A DNA stretch of 64,000 nt from the NCBI GenBank assembly GCA_037444505.1, contig JBBIMH010000016.1:22015-86014 (forward strand), written 5' to 3'. The translations under genes and the position numbers were made by a program. Positions 21,805 through 31,152 of this stretch are shown piece after piece (position 1 is the first letter of the stretch; the number at the start of each line of letters is the position of its first letter). The stretch is from Nitrospirota bacterium. GTDB taxonomy: Bacteria > Nitrospirota > UBA9217. The notes beneath the pieces are model-generated. The model made no database searches. It was not told where the DNA came from and saw only the letters and a program-made list of their open reading frames with translations.

Positions 21805-23310
21805 ATGCTGATTCTACTCCTTGTTTCCATACCCATCATCGGGGGGATTGTCGCCTGGGCCGCTGAGAAGGCCGGGACGTCATGGCCGAGGTGGGTGTCT
21901 ATCTTTGCGCTCGGTCTGGACATCATTATGATGATCCCCGTCTTATCGGCTATTCCGCATTCTCGAGGCGTATGGTCGGCAGAGTTCAGGGCGGAATGGA
22001 TATCCGCTATCGGCGCATCCATCCATTTGGCTATAGACGGCATGAGCCTGCTCCTCGTAATCCTCACACTCTTCCTCGGCATGATATCTGTCTTATGCTC
22101 ATGGACAGAGATAAGGGAGAGGGTGGGCTTCTTCCATTTCAATCTCCTCTGGACTCTTTCGGGAATCATCGGCGTATTCACCGCCCTGGACCTGCTTTTG
22201 TTCTACTTCTTCTGGGAGCTCATGCTCATTCCGATGTATCTTCTGATAAATATCTGGGGCCACGAAAACCGGGTCTATGCCTCATACAAGTTCTTCATAT
22301 TCACGCAGGCGGGAGGCCTGCTCATGCTCGTGGCGATACTCGCTCTCTATTTCATCCACAAGGAGCAGACCGGCGCGGCTACGTTCGGTTATGCAGACCT
22401 GCTCGGCACGCGCCTCTCCCCTGAGACGGGGATGCTGCTCATGCTCGGCTTTTTCGCCGCATTCGGCGTGAAGATACCCGCTCTGTTTCTGCATACATGG
22501 CTTCCGGATGCCCACACAGAGGCGCCCACAGCAGGCAGCGTCATACTCGCAGGCCTTCTGCTCAAGACAGGCGCATACGGGCTCTTGAGATTCTTGATCC
22601 CCCTGTTTCCGGATGCTGCAAGGGAGTTCGCGGCTGTGGGCATGTTAATCGGGACGGCAGGCATTCTGTACGGCGCCGTACTCGCATTCGCGCAGAAGGA
22701 TCTTAAGAGACTCGTTGCTTACACGAGCATAAGCCATATGGGATTTGTGCTGCTCGGCGCATTTGCAGGAAACGAGCTCTCGCTCCAGGGATGCGTCATG
22801 CAGATGCTCAGCCACGGACTGAGCACAGGAGCGCTATTCATCATAGTCGGCGCGATACAGGAGCGCCTGCATACCAGGGACATTGGCCGCATGTCCGGAC
22901 TCTGGCAGGCGATGCCGCGCATGGGCGGTTTTGCACTGTTCTTCGGCCTCGCCTCGTTGGGGCTTCCGGGCATGGCGAACTTTATCGCCGAGTTCCTCGT
23001 GCTGATCGGCTCGTTCAGGGTGTCTGTTCCGCTTACGGTCATAGCATCCCTGGGGCTTATCGCATCCGCTGTGTATTCTCTCTGGATGATCCAGCGGGTG
23101 TTTCACGGGAGCCCGTCTCATGAAACGCCTCCGGATATCTCGTTTCGTGAGACGATGGTGTTGCTCTCGATGATGTTGCCCATACTGTGGCTCGGTCTGT
23201 TTCCGCAGACGGCATTGAGAGTATCGAGTTCATCTATCGAGGCCATTGCGCAGCATAGGTTGTCGCATAGCATGGATTATCCTGGGCCTGGGTCGGGAGG
23301 GCTGAGATGA
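21805..23310 (+). CDS. nuoM: NADH-quinone oxidoreductase subunit M
   Basis: 501-aa antiporter-like subunit (FGVKIPALFLHTWLPDAHTEAPTAGSVILAG). Confidence 0.95.
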   Translation: MLILLLVSIPIIGGIVAWAAEKAGTSWPRWVSIFALGLDIIMMIPVLSAIPHSRGVWSAEFRAEWISAIGASIHLAIDGMSLLLVILTLFLGMISVLCSWTEIRERVGFFHFNLLWTLSGIIGVFTALDLLLFYFFWELMLIPMYLLINIWGHENRVYASYKFFIFTQAGGLLMLVAILALYFIHKEQTGAATFGYADLLGTRLSPETGMLLMLGFFAAFGVKIPALFLHTWLPDAHTEAPTAGSVILAGLLLKTGAYGLLRFLIPLFPDAAREFAAVGMLIGTAGILYGAVLAFAQKDLKRLVAYTSISHMGFVLLGAFAGNELSLQGCVMQMLSHGLSTGALFIIVGAIQERLHTRDIGRMSGLWQAMPRMGGFALFFGLASLGLPGMANFIAEFLVLIGSFRVSVPLTVIASLGLIASAVYSLWMIQRVFHGSPSHETPPDISFRETMVLLSMMLPILWLGLFPQTALRVSSSSIEAIAQHRLSHSMDYPGPGSGGLR

Positions 23311-24728
23311 CTACGACCCAAGTCACGGCACTCTTGCCGATGATTGCAACCGGCGGATTTGCTGTTGTCGTGCTCCTGTTGATATCCATCAAAAGGATGC
23401 ACAGCCTGACCTCCGCGCTTACGATTGCAGGATTCGGCGCTGCACTCTTCCTGCTTTTTTACATAAGGCCTCTTTTGCCGATTGATGTCACCGGTCTCAT
23501 CGTGATGGACGGCCCGGCATATATTTACATAACGATAATACTCGGATCCGGGCTGGTGGCTTCTGCGATCGGATACGGTTATCTCGAGAGGCAGGACGAG
23601 CATAAAGAGGAGTTCTATCTTCTGCTGCTTTTGGCTTCGACAGGTGCGTCCGTGCTTTCCGCGGCGAGCCACTTCGCCTCTTTCTTTTTGGGAATCGAGC
23701 TGCTGAGCGTATCCATCTATGCGATGTCGGCGTATATAACGGCCAGGCCGAGATCCATCGAGGCAGGCGTGAAGTATCTCATACTCTCGGCTGTTTCATC
23801 GGCGTTTCTGCTCTTCGGCATGGCGTTGTTATACGGCGAGACCGGAGTCATGGGCTTTGCAGGTATAGCGGAGGCGTTGCGAAGCGGCTCCGCATCTCCG
23901 GCAATCCTCGCTGGGCTTGTAATGATCATCGTCTCTGTGGGGTTCAAGCTCGCCCTGGCTCCATTCCATCTCTGGGCGGCGGATGTCTATGAAGGCGCTC
24001 CTGCGCCGGCTGTTGCTTTCATCGCCTCCGTATCGAAGGCGGGCGTATTCGCGGTCCTGTCCAGATTCTACTTTGCGTCCGGTTTCCATTCCATCCAAGA
24101 TGTCGGCGTCATATTCATATCGCTCGCGGTCGCATCTATGTTCGTCGGCTCCTTGCTCGCCCTGCTTCAGGAGAATGTGAAGAGGCTGCTCGCATATTCA
24201 TCCATTGCGCATATGGGCTATCTTCTGATTGCGCTTCTCGCCCGGGGAGACGGCGCTGAAAGGTCCGGCGCAATCTATATCGCCGCATATGCAGTCACAT
24301 CTCTCGGCGCCTTCGGTGTGATTGCATCTCTCTCAACCGGAAGGGGAGATGCGGACAGGCTCGGCGATTTCCGGGGGCTCGCCTGGTCCAGGCCATGGAC
24401 TGCAGCGGTCTTCGGAGCGATGATGCTCTCTCTCGCCGGTCTGCCGCTTACAGCCGGATTCATAGGCAAGCTCCTGGTAGCAGCATCAGGTGTGGGAGAC
24501 GGTTTATGGACTATGGTGATATCGCTCGTAATCTCGAGCGTGATCTCCCTTTTCGCCTATCTCAGGGTCGTCATGGAAATGTTCAGGACAGAGGAGGCTT
24601 CTTTTGTGAACGGCATCACGCCGCTCGACTCATATGTCTTGGGGATATTGATGTTAAGCCTGTTCATGATAGGCGTCTATCCTGCACCGCTCATTTCAGC
24701 CGTGGACAGTCTGATTGCTTTGAAATGA
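23307..24728 (+). CDS. nuoN: NADH-quinone oxidoreductase subunit N
   Basis: 473-aa antiporter-like subunit (GFKLALAPFHLWAADVYEGAPAPAVAFI). ATGA overlap with nuoM. Confidence 0.95.
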   Translation: MTTTQVTALLPMIATGGFAVVVLLLISIKRMHSLTSALTIAGFGAALFLLFYIRPLLPIDVTGLIVMDGPAYIYITIILGSGLVASAIGYGYLERQDEHKEEFYLLLLLASTGASVLSAASHFASFFLGIELLSVSIYAMSAYITARPRSIEAGVKYLILSAVSSAFLLFGMALLYGETGVMGFAGIAEALRSGSASPAILAGLVMIIVSVGFKLALAPFHLWAADVYEGAPAPAVAFIASVSKAGVFAVLSRFYFASGFHSIQDVGVIFISLAVASMFVGSLLALLQENVKRLLAYSSIAHMGYLLIALLARGDGAERSGAIYIAAYAVTSLGAFGVIASLSTGRGDADRLGDFRGLAWSRPWTAAVFGAMMLSLAGLPLTAGFIGKLLVAASGVGDGLWTMVISLVISSVISLFAYLRVVMEMFRTEEASFVNGITPLDSYVLGILMLSLFMIGVYPAPLISAVDSLIALK

Positions 24729-24755
24729 GCGGAGCTGTTTCATGAGAGGTGGGTT

Positions 24756-25652
24756 ATGGACAGAAGGGACTTTCTGAAAAAGGCGGTCGCGACAGGCATC
24801 GGGTTGGGCATGCCGGATCTCGTCAAACGGCTCGCCCATGCCTCTGTCAGGCAGCCGGATCTTGCTGTTGCGACAGGAGCATCTGCCGACGCTATTACGA
24901 AGGCGGCCATAGATGCGCTGGGAGGGATCAGGAAATTCGTATCGAGGGGAGACATAGTAGTCGTCAAGCCCAATATGGCATGGGACAGGCTGCCTGAGCA
25001 GGCTGCGAATACGAACCCGGAGGTGGTGGCCGAGGTCGTCAGGCTCTGTTTCGAGGCGGGTGCAAAGAAGGTGAAGGTCTTCGACCGTTCTGTGAACGAC
25101 CCGAGGCGCTGCTATGTGCAGAGCGGCATCGCGCAGGCGGCGAAGGCGCTCGGAGCGGATGTGGACTATGTTGATGAGCGCAGGTTCAAGGACACGGCAA
25201 TAGGCGGAGAGGCCCTATCCACCTGGCCACTTTACATAGATATATTCGAGGCGGACAAGGTTATAAACGTCCCGATTGCAAAGCACCACAGCCTCGCGAA
25301 ACTCACCATGGGTATGAAGAACTGGATGGGGGTTATGGGCGGCTCGCGCAGGGTGATACACCAGAAGCTCGACCAGAGCCTTGCCGACCTCACGATGAAG
25401 ATAAGGCCTACGCTGACTGTTCTGGATGCGGTAAGGATACTGATTGACAACGGACCGCAGGGCGGAAGCCTCTCGGATGTCAAGAGGCTCGATACAGTGA
25501 TAGCGGGCATCGACCCTGTCGCAGTGGATTCTTTCGGCGCGACACTGTTCGGCATGAAGGGCGGCGACCTAGGTTATGTACGGATCGGCGCTGAGATGGG
25601 GTTGGGCAGGATGGATATAGAGAAGATGACGATAAAAAAGATAAGAATATGA
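24756..25652 (+). CDS. Tat-signal DUF362 domain protein
   Basis: Twin-arginine signal MDRRDFLKKAVATG...AHA. DUF362-like blocks GDIVVVKPNMAW, INVPIAKHH and TVLDAVRIL. Starts 27 nt after the nuoN stop. Confidence 0.75.
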   Translation: MDRRDFLKKAVATGIGLGMPDLVKRLAHASVRQPDLAVATGASADAITKAAIDALGGIRKFVSRGDIVVVKPNMAWDRLPEQAANTNPEVVAEVVRLCFEAGAKKVKVFDRSVNDPRRCYVQSGIAQAAKALGADVDYVDERRFKDTAIGGEALSTWPLYIDIFEADKVINVPIAKHHSLAKLTMGMKNWMGVMGGSRRVIHQKLDQSLADLTMKIRPTLTVLDAVRILIDNGPQGGSLSDVKRLDTVIAGIDPVAVDSFGATLFGMKGGDLGYVRIGAEMGLGRMDIEKMTIKKIRI

Positions 25653-25713
25653 CGGCTTCTCGAGTCATAGAATCGTCATCTATTCCAATTCAAAAGAAAG
25701 GGCATTGGATGGA

Positions 25714-27276
25714 ATGAAGCGGCTGTTTACGATCAAGAGGGCGAGACAGGTCTCGCAGGTACTGTTTCTACTGCTCTTTCTGTTCCTATTCATCCAGACG
25801 GAATCGAAAGGAGACGACACGCTCGGATATCCTGTGAGGCTCTTCCTGGACTGGGACCCGCTCATACTCATCACCACATTACTGTCTGCCCATGCCGCAT
25901 CAGCGGCCTTCTATCTTTCCATCATCACCATCGGCCTGACGATGCTTTTGGGCAGGGTCTTTTGCGGCTGGGTCTGTCCGCTCGGGACACTGAACAATGC
26001 AGTGGGCGCCCTCAAAAAAGAAGGCCGCGGCAGGGCACCTCTTGGACTGCATCGTATAAAATACTACATCTTGATCTTCATTCTCGCATCCTCGCTCTTT
26101 ACGCTGCAGATCACCGGGATAATGGATCCCATCTCGCTCCTCATCAGGTCTTTCTCCCTCGCCGTCTATCCGTTGTTCAACTACAGCGTAAGGGCGGTAT
26201 TCAATATCCTGTATGACATCGACCCGCTCGGCATAACTGTGCTCTCGGAGCCTGTATATGATGCCCTGAAACATTCCGTCCTGAGCTTCGAGCAGACATC
26301 ATACCGTCAGGCCGTGTTCATAGCCCTGATATTCTTCGGCATACTCTCGCTGAATCTCATCGAGAAAAGGCTCTGGTGCAGATACCTATGCCCCCTCGGC
26401 GCGATGCTCGGACTCCTGTCCCGCTTCTCGCTTCTCAAACGCTCTGTGAGCGAGGGCTGCACAGAATGCGGTGCATGTGCGCAGGTATGCCAGGGCGCTG
26501 CATCGCCGGATATAAAAGGCATGTGGAGAGACGCTGAGTGCTATTATTGCTATAACTGCGATGACGTCTGCCCCAATAATGCGGTCTCTTTCGGGTTTTC
26601 AGGAAGCAAGGTCGCATCAGGACTGGACATAGGCCGCAGACGCGTGATCCTTTCCGTGGTGTCCGGTGCGGCATGCGTACCACTGCTCAGGGCCACAAAC
26701 CTTGGAAAGACGAATTCCATGAATCCATCCCTTATCAGGCCGCCCGGCTCCCTCGATGAAAAGGAGTTCTTGAGACGCTGCGTCAAATGCGGGGAGTGCA
26801 TGAAGGTCTGCATCACGAACGGCCTTCAGCCCACACTGCTCGAGGCGGGGTTGGAGGGCATTTGGTCTCCGATGCTCGTGCCGCGCATCGGGTATTGCGA
26901 ATATAGGTGCACACTCTGCGGCCAGGTATGTCCTACGGGCGCTATCAAGAGGCTGTCGCTCACTGAGAAGGCGAAGGTGAAGATCGGGCTTGCCATGATA
27001 GACAAGGGCAGGTGCCTTCCCTGGGCGCATGCCAGACCGTGCATCGTGTGCGAAGAGGTATGCCCGACCCCGAAGAAGGCGATATGGCTCGAGAAGGCCA
27101 TCGTACGGGACAGAGAGGGAAGGCATGTTGAGGTCATGCAGCCTCACGTGGACCTTGAGCTGTGCATAGGCTGCGGAATATGCGAGTCTAAATGCCCTGT
27201 GCTCGGCAGGCCCGCCGTATATGTCATGAGCCTGGGAGAGTCGAGGTCTAAGGAAAACCGGCTCTTGTTGACATGA
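25714..27276 (+). CDS. NapH/MauN-like integral-membrane polyferredoxin (4Fe-4S binding protein)
   Basis: N-terminal TM helices with CGWVCPLGT and CRYLCPLGA motifs. Six further Cys clusters follow: CTECGACAQVC, CYNCDDVCP, CVKCGECMKVC, CTLCGQVCP, CIVCEEVCP and CIGCGICESKCP. Confidence 0.8.
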   Translation: MKRLFTIKRARQVSQVLFLLLFLFLFIQTESKGDDTLGYPVRLFLDWDPLILITTLLSAHAASAAFYLSIITIGLTMLLGRVFCGWVCPLGTLNNAVGALKKEGRGRAPLGLHRIKYYILIFILASSLFTLQITGIMDPISLLIRSFSLAVYPLFNYSVRAVFNILYDIDPLGITVLSEPVYDALKHSVLSFEQTSYRQAVFIALIFFGILSLNLIEKRLWCRYLCPLGAMLGLLSRFSLLKRSVSEGCTECGACAQVCQGAASPDIKGMWRDAECYYCYNCDDVCPNNAVSFGFSGSKVASGLDIGRRRVILSVVSGAACVPLLRATNLGKTNSMNPSLIRPPGSLDEKEFLRRCVKCGECMKVCITNGLQPTLLEAGLEGIWSPMLVPRIGYCEYRCTLCGQVCPTGAIKRLSLTEKAKVKIGLAMIDKGRCLPWAHARPCIVCEEVCPTPKKAIWLEKAIVRDREGRHVEVMQPHVDLELCIGCGICESKCPVLGRPAVYVMSLGESRSKENRLLLT

Positions 27277-27305
27277 AGTCGGGGGATCATGATGACTGAT
27301 TTTTC

Positions 27306-27351
27306 GGCTCATCGCGGCGCACCCTGCCTGCACAAAAAAACGCGATGATCC
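27306..27351 (+). repeat. Degenerate relative of the intergenic hairpin repeat (copy C)
   Basis: GGCTCATCGCG-GCGCACCCTGCCTGCACAAAAAAA-CGCGATGATCC shares the CACCCTGCC, TGCAC-A-tract and GATGA-CC blocks with copies A and B. Confidence 0.5.
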
Positions 27352-27465
27352 GGATTTTTCCCGCTATCACGCGAATCTTGACGGATGAAATGCGGTTATT
27401 GCATGCGTTATGATTTTTCTTGCAATAAAAGGCCTGTTGGTATAACATCACCCGAAAATCAGGCC

Positions 27466-28899
27466 ATGCATTCTCATCTTAGTATACATATAGCACTTGT
27501 TGCATCTGTGCTCTGCTTTTCAGGCTGCACTCATCCTTTTTTTCATTCCGATGACACCTCTGTGATTGCTCTACCTGCACAGGCCGACCTTGCTCCTGAT
27601 CCGGATACCGTAGAGTCTCAGGCCCAGACAGAGACAGCCCCGTCTCTTGCATCGATAGAGGATGGAAACGGTTCCGCCCAGAACGGCGAACAGGAGAGAG
27701 GCGATGAAGAAGAGGGCATACTCGACTCCGCGCTCGAACTCGTGGAGGCGGCGCAAGAGTTCCGGGTTGAAGGCGACATAGACAGGACGCTGGACGCACT
27801 GGACCAGGCATATGCATTGATCCTAAAGGTGAATGCAGCGGACAATCCGAAGCTCTCCCAGCAGAAGGAAGACCTGAGGTTCATGATATCGAGGCGGATA
27901 CTCGAGATATACGCCTCGCGCCACGCGGCGGTCAACGGCAACCACAGGCCGATTCCAATGACCATGAATGAGCATGTAGAAAGGGAGATAAGGCTCTTCC
28001 AGACCATAGATAGGGATTTCTTCCTGGAGTCCTATGCGCGGTCCGGTCTGTATCGCGAGAGCATAGAAAAGGCGCTGAAAGAGGCGGGGATACCCGAGGA
28101 GCTATCATGGCTTCCACTGATCGAGAGCGGCTTCAAGGTGCGGGCGTTGTCGCGCGCGAGGGCGCTTGGTCTGTGGCAGTTCATCCCCTCCACAGGGTAC
28201 AAATTCGGCCTCAAGAGGAACCTGTGGATAGACGAACGGCTCGATCCGGAAAAATCCACCATCGCGGCCATTGCATACCTCAAGGAGCTACATCAGATAT
28301 TCGGCGACTGGGCCACTGTGCTCGCTGCATACAACTGCGGGGAGGGCAATGTGGCCAGGGTCATCAGAGAGCAGAAGATAAATTATCTGGACAATTTCTG
28401 GGATCTCTACGAGAGGCTCCCGCGTGAGACCGCGCGTTACTATCCGCGGTTTCTGGCGGTGCTCCACATCTTGAAAGATCCTGCTAAGTACGGATTCTCT
28501 CTCGAAGAACCCATGAAACCGCTGCCTTATGAAACGGTCACTATCTCCAAACCTGTGAGCCTTAAGACCGCGGCCCAAAGGATCGGCGTCGAGGTCGAAG
28601 AGCTCACTAACAGGAATCCGGAGCTGAGGCGAGAGGCGACTCCTGAAGGCGTTTATACGCTCAAGGTGCCGCCTGGAAAGGGGGAGGTCCTGCTCTCTGT
28701 TCTCGACGGTATCCCCAGATGGACGCCTCCGAGGCCGGAATATATCGTGCATCGTGTAAGAAGCGGAGAGACGCTCTCGCTCATCGCTCTCAGATACCGG
28801 ACGAGTGTGCAGAGGATCATGGAGGCGAACAGGATAGGAAGGAGCCATTTCATTCGCGCAGGCCAGAGGCTAAGAATTCCCGTGGGCAGGGCATCCTGA
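27466..28899 (+). CDS. mltD: Membrane-bound lytic murein transglycosylase D-like lipoprotein (SLT domain plus C-terminal LysM)
   Basis: Lipobox LCFSGC after the ATG at 27466. SLT catalytic block LPLIESGF...GLWQF...AYNCGEGNV. C-terminal LysM (YIVHRVRSGETLSLIALRY...ANRI). Confidence 0.85.
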   Translation: MHSHLSIHIALVASVLCFSGCTHPFFHSDDTSVIALPAQADLAPDPDTVESQAQTETAPSLASIEDGNGSAQNGEQERGDEEEGILDSALELVEAAQEFRVEGDIDRTLDALDQAYALILKVNAADNPKLSQQKEDLRFMISRRILEIYASRHAAVNGNHRPIPMTMNEHVEREIRLFQTIDRDFFLESYARSGLYRESIEKALKEAGIPEELSWLPLIESGFKVRALSRARALGLWQFIPSTGYKFGLKRNLWIDERLDPEKSTIAAIAYLKELHQIFGDWATVLAAYNCGEGNVARVIREQKINYLDNFWDLYERLPRETARYYPRFLAVLHILKDPAKYGFSLEEPMKPLPYETVTISKPVSLKTAAQRIGVEVEELTNRNPELRREATPEGVYTLKVPPGKGEVLLSVLDGIPRWTPPRPEYIVHRVRSGETLSLIALRYRTSVQRIMEANRIGRSHFIRAGQRLRIPVGRAS

Positions 28900-29318
28900 A
28901 TCAATGCGCTATATCTCCACTCATAATCCGATTGATGTACTCGTCTCGCTGTCCAGGAAGAACTCCGACATGGACGGCCTGCCGGTATAATGCTCTATGC
29001 CGAAGCGCCATGTCCTGCTCCCTGATCTGAACATCACACCCGCCTGGAATGAATGCAATGTCGATTCTCCAATTGTGCCCCTCCCATGAAAGTGCTGTAC
29101 CCTGTCTTATCTCAAAGGCGATAACCGCGAAGCCGAGAAGAGCGCGAAGAAAAGGCTAAATACTTTTTTTAGGTGGTCAATCCTTGCGCCCTTTGCTTTT
29201 TGGCGGGTCAAAATTTTGGCTTTGCTCTATTGGTCTTTGGCCTCGCCTCGCTAAATTATTGGAACCATCCTTTGTGATTGTGGTATTATATGCAGTCCGT
29301 GAGACATATGAGGGAGGT

Positions 29319-30197
29319 ATGGTGGCCATGAAGACGGATATTGCCAAGAAACTCTTCACATGGGTGAGCATCTGCGCTGCAATTTACACCATCATCGAGA
29401 TGGTCATGCAGTCCTTCGGCTCGAGTATCTGTGCCACAGAGGGCTGCAAAGTCGTCTCCAGCCATACGAGGTTCGGCGATATGCCTATCCTCGTCATCGG
29501 ACTCGGCCTCTTCGTTTCCCTGGCTGTATTGAACGTCCTCGACAGCAGGCTGCTGAGCGGCCGCTATGGAAACATCATCGACATACTGCTCATAGCCGGA
29601 CTGGGTGCAGAGGGGTTCTTTACTGGTTACCAGGCGTTCCACATAAAGACGCCGTGCGTATTCTGCCTCTCCATATTCGGATTGGTGCTCTTGCTCGCCA
29701 TCCTCAGGTTCATGTCTGGAGAGAAGGCGGTCCTTGCAGGTCTTGTCTCGTTCGCCGCCGTATTCCTCCTTCTATATCTTGTTCTCCCCGCGGGTGGGAT
29801 CGGGCAATTGCCGCGCGACGCCAGGCTCATGCTCTTCTACAGCGAAGATTGCCGACACTGCGCTGAGATAAAAAAGAAGATGGAGGAGGCGGGCATAAAG
29901 GCGGAACACCTGAAGGCCGGCGAGTATGCCGATTTTCTCAAGGCGGCCGGCATAGAGCATGTGCCCACCCTCCTGGTGAACGAGCCGTACCGGAAGCTTT
30001 ATCTCACAGGAAAGGAGACCATAGAGTGCTTTCTTTTCGACGAGGAGGACAAGAAAGGCGCATCCGCACCGAAATATAAGGGCAGCAGCCGAGAGGCCGG
30101 GCCGGTGAATATACTCGACGGTCAGCCGGAGATATTCACTCCGTCGGACGACCCCGGGGTCTGCAGCGAGAACACCCAGAAGGAAGAATGCAAATAG
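29319..30197 (+). CDS. VKOR-family membrane oxidoreductase fused to a thioredoxin-like domain
   Basis: Loop Cys pair CATEGC followed by VVSSHTRFGDMP. Membrane-embedded CVFC in TM4 and a fifth TM helix. Then a Trx-like FYSEDCRHC...HVPTL with a cis-Pro. Start at ATG 29319 or 29328, after GGAGG. Confidence 0.7.
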   Translation: MVAMKTDIAKKLFTWVSICAAIYTIIEMVMQSFGSSICATEGCKVVSSHTRFGDMPILVIGLGLFVSLAVLNVLDSRLLSGRYGNIIDILLIAGLGAEGFFTGYQAFHIKTPCVFCLSIFGLVLLLAILRFMSGEKAVLAGLVSFAAVFLLLYLVLPAGGIGQLPRDARLMLFYSEDCRHCAEIKKKMEEAGIKAEHLKAGEYADFLKAAGIEHVPTLLVNEPYRKLYLTGKETIECFLFDEEDKKGASAPKYKGSSREAGPVNILDGQPEIFTPSDDPGVCSENTQKEECK

Positions 30198-30211
30198 CCG
30201 GGAGTTTTGGC

Positions 30212-30241
30212 TTGACTTTGTATTGTAGTAGAAAGTATTAT
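30212..30241 (+). promoter_or_regulatory. Sigma70-like promoter (TTGACT-18 nt-TATTAT) ahead of the ccsA-like/hem operon
   Basis: TTGACT at 30212-30217 and TATTAT at 30236-30241. Confidence 0.4.
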
Positions 30242-30299
30242 AAAAAACCGTGAATAGCGACTGATTCCATCATACCCATACTTGCGGGGCGCTCATCCT

Positions 30300-31118
30300 A
30301 TGAATCTGTATTTCTTTAAGGCCGCTATGGCGGCCTATCTATGCGCGGCAGCTGGATATGTGTTTTATCTTTTGAAGCCTGAATTCAAGAAAGGCGCGGC
30401 GGCGTCGCTCTCTTTCTGGCTCTCGTCAATCGGGCTCGTCTTTCACATAGCCTACTTCGGTTTGCGCTGGGTCGAGTCCAGCCGGATACCTGTCACCAGC
30501 TTCTTCGAGGCCGCAAACTTTCTTGCTATGGGCATTTTGCTTGTCTTCATCATAATGGAACTCCGTTTCAAGATACCGGCCATCGGCTCGTTCATGCTTC
30601 CGCTTGTGATACTGCTCATGCTGCCTGCTGCATTTGTCTCCGGCGATATAAAGGACATGAATCCCGTCCTTAAGAGCGGCTGGCTCGGTGTACATACGAG
30701 TCTCGCCGTGCTCGGAGACGCCGCCTTCGCCTTCGCGTTCATAATCTCGATTATGTATCTAATCCAGGAGCGACAACTCAAGAGAAAGCGCATGGGCGCC
30801 ATATTCCATAGACTGCCGTCGCTCAAGGTCATGGACACCTTGGGCTACAAGGCGATCTCTTTCGGATGGCCGTTGTTCACCCTGGGCATGATCACCGGCT
30901 CTATATGGGCGGAGAGCGCATGGGGCGCGTACTGGAGCTGGGACCCGAAGGAGACGTGGTCGCTCATTACATGGGCGATATATCTTGTCTTCCTTCACCT
31001 CCGCACGATAGGCTGGCGCGGAAGAAAGATGGCGTATCTATCCATTGCCGGATTCGTCTTCGTGCTGGTGAGCTTCTTTGTAATAAGCAGGGTCGGGACG
31101 GGCAAGCATGTGTTCTGA
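30300..31118 (+). CDS. CcsA/ResC-family cytochrome c assembly protein (HemX-like position upstream of hemA)
   Basis: Polytopic protein with the Trp-rich WGAYWSWDPKETWSLITW heme-handling motif. Confidence 0.85.
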   Translation: MNLYFFKAAMAAYLCAAAGYVFYLLKPEFKKGAAASLSFWLSSIGLVFHIAYFGLRWVESSRIPVTSFFEAANFLAMGILLVFIIMELRFKIPAIGSFMLPLVILLMLPAAFVSGDIKDMNPVLKSGWLGVHTSLAVLGDAAFAFAFIISIMYLIQERQLKRKRMGAIFHRLPSLKVMDTLGYKAISFGWPLFTLGMITGSIWAESAWGAYWSWDPKETWSLITWAIYLVFLHLRTIGWRGRKMAYLSIAGFVFVLVSFFVISRVGTGKHVF

Positions 31119-31152
31119 GGAGGGTATCACACTCTGCGGGGTCGTATAGCAT

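Noticed and set aside
29184-29318. An N-terminal extension of the VKOR-Trx ORF, from the track start at 29184.
   Set aside because: The extension has no RBS and a non-membrane, Trp/Leu-rich odd composition. A GGAGG sits just before the ATGs at 29319 and 29328, where the first TM helix begins.
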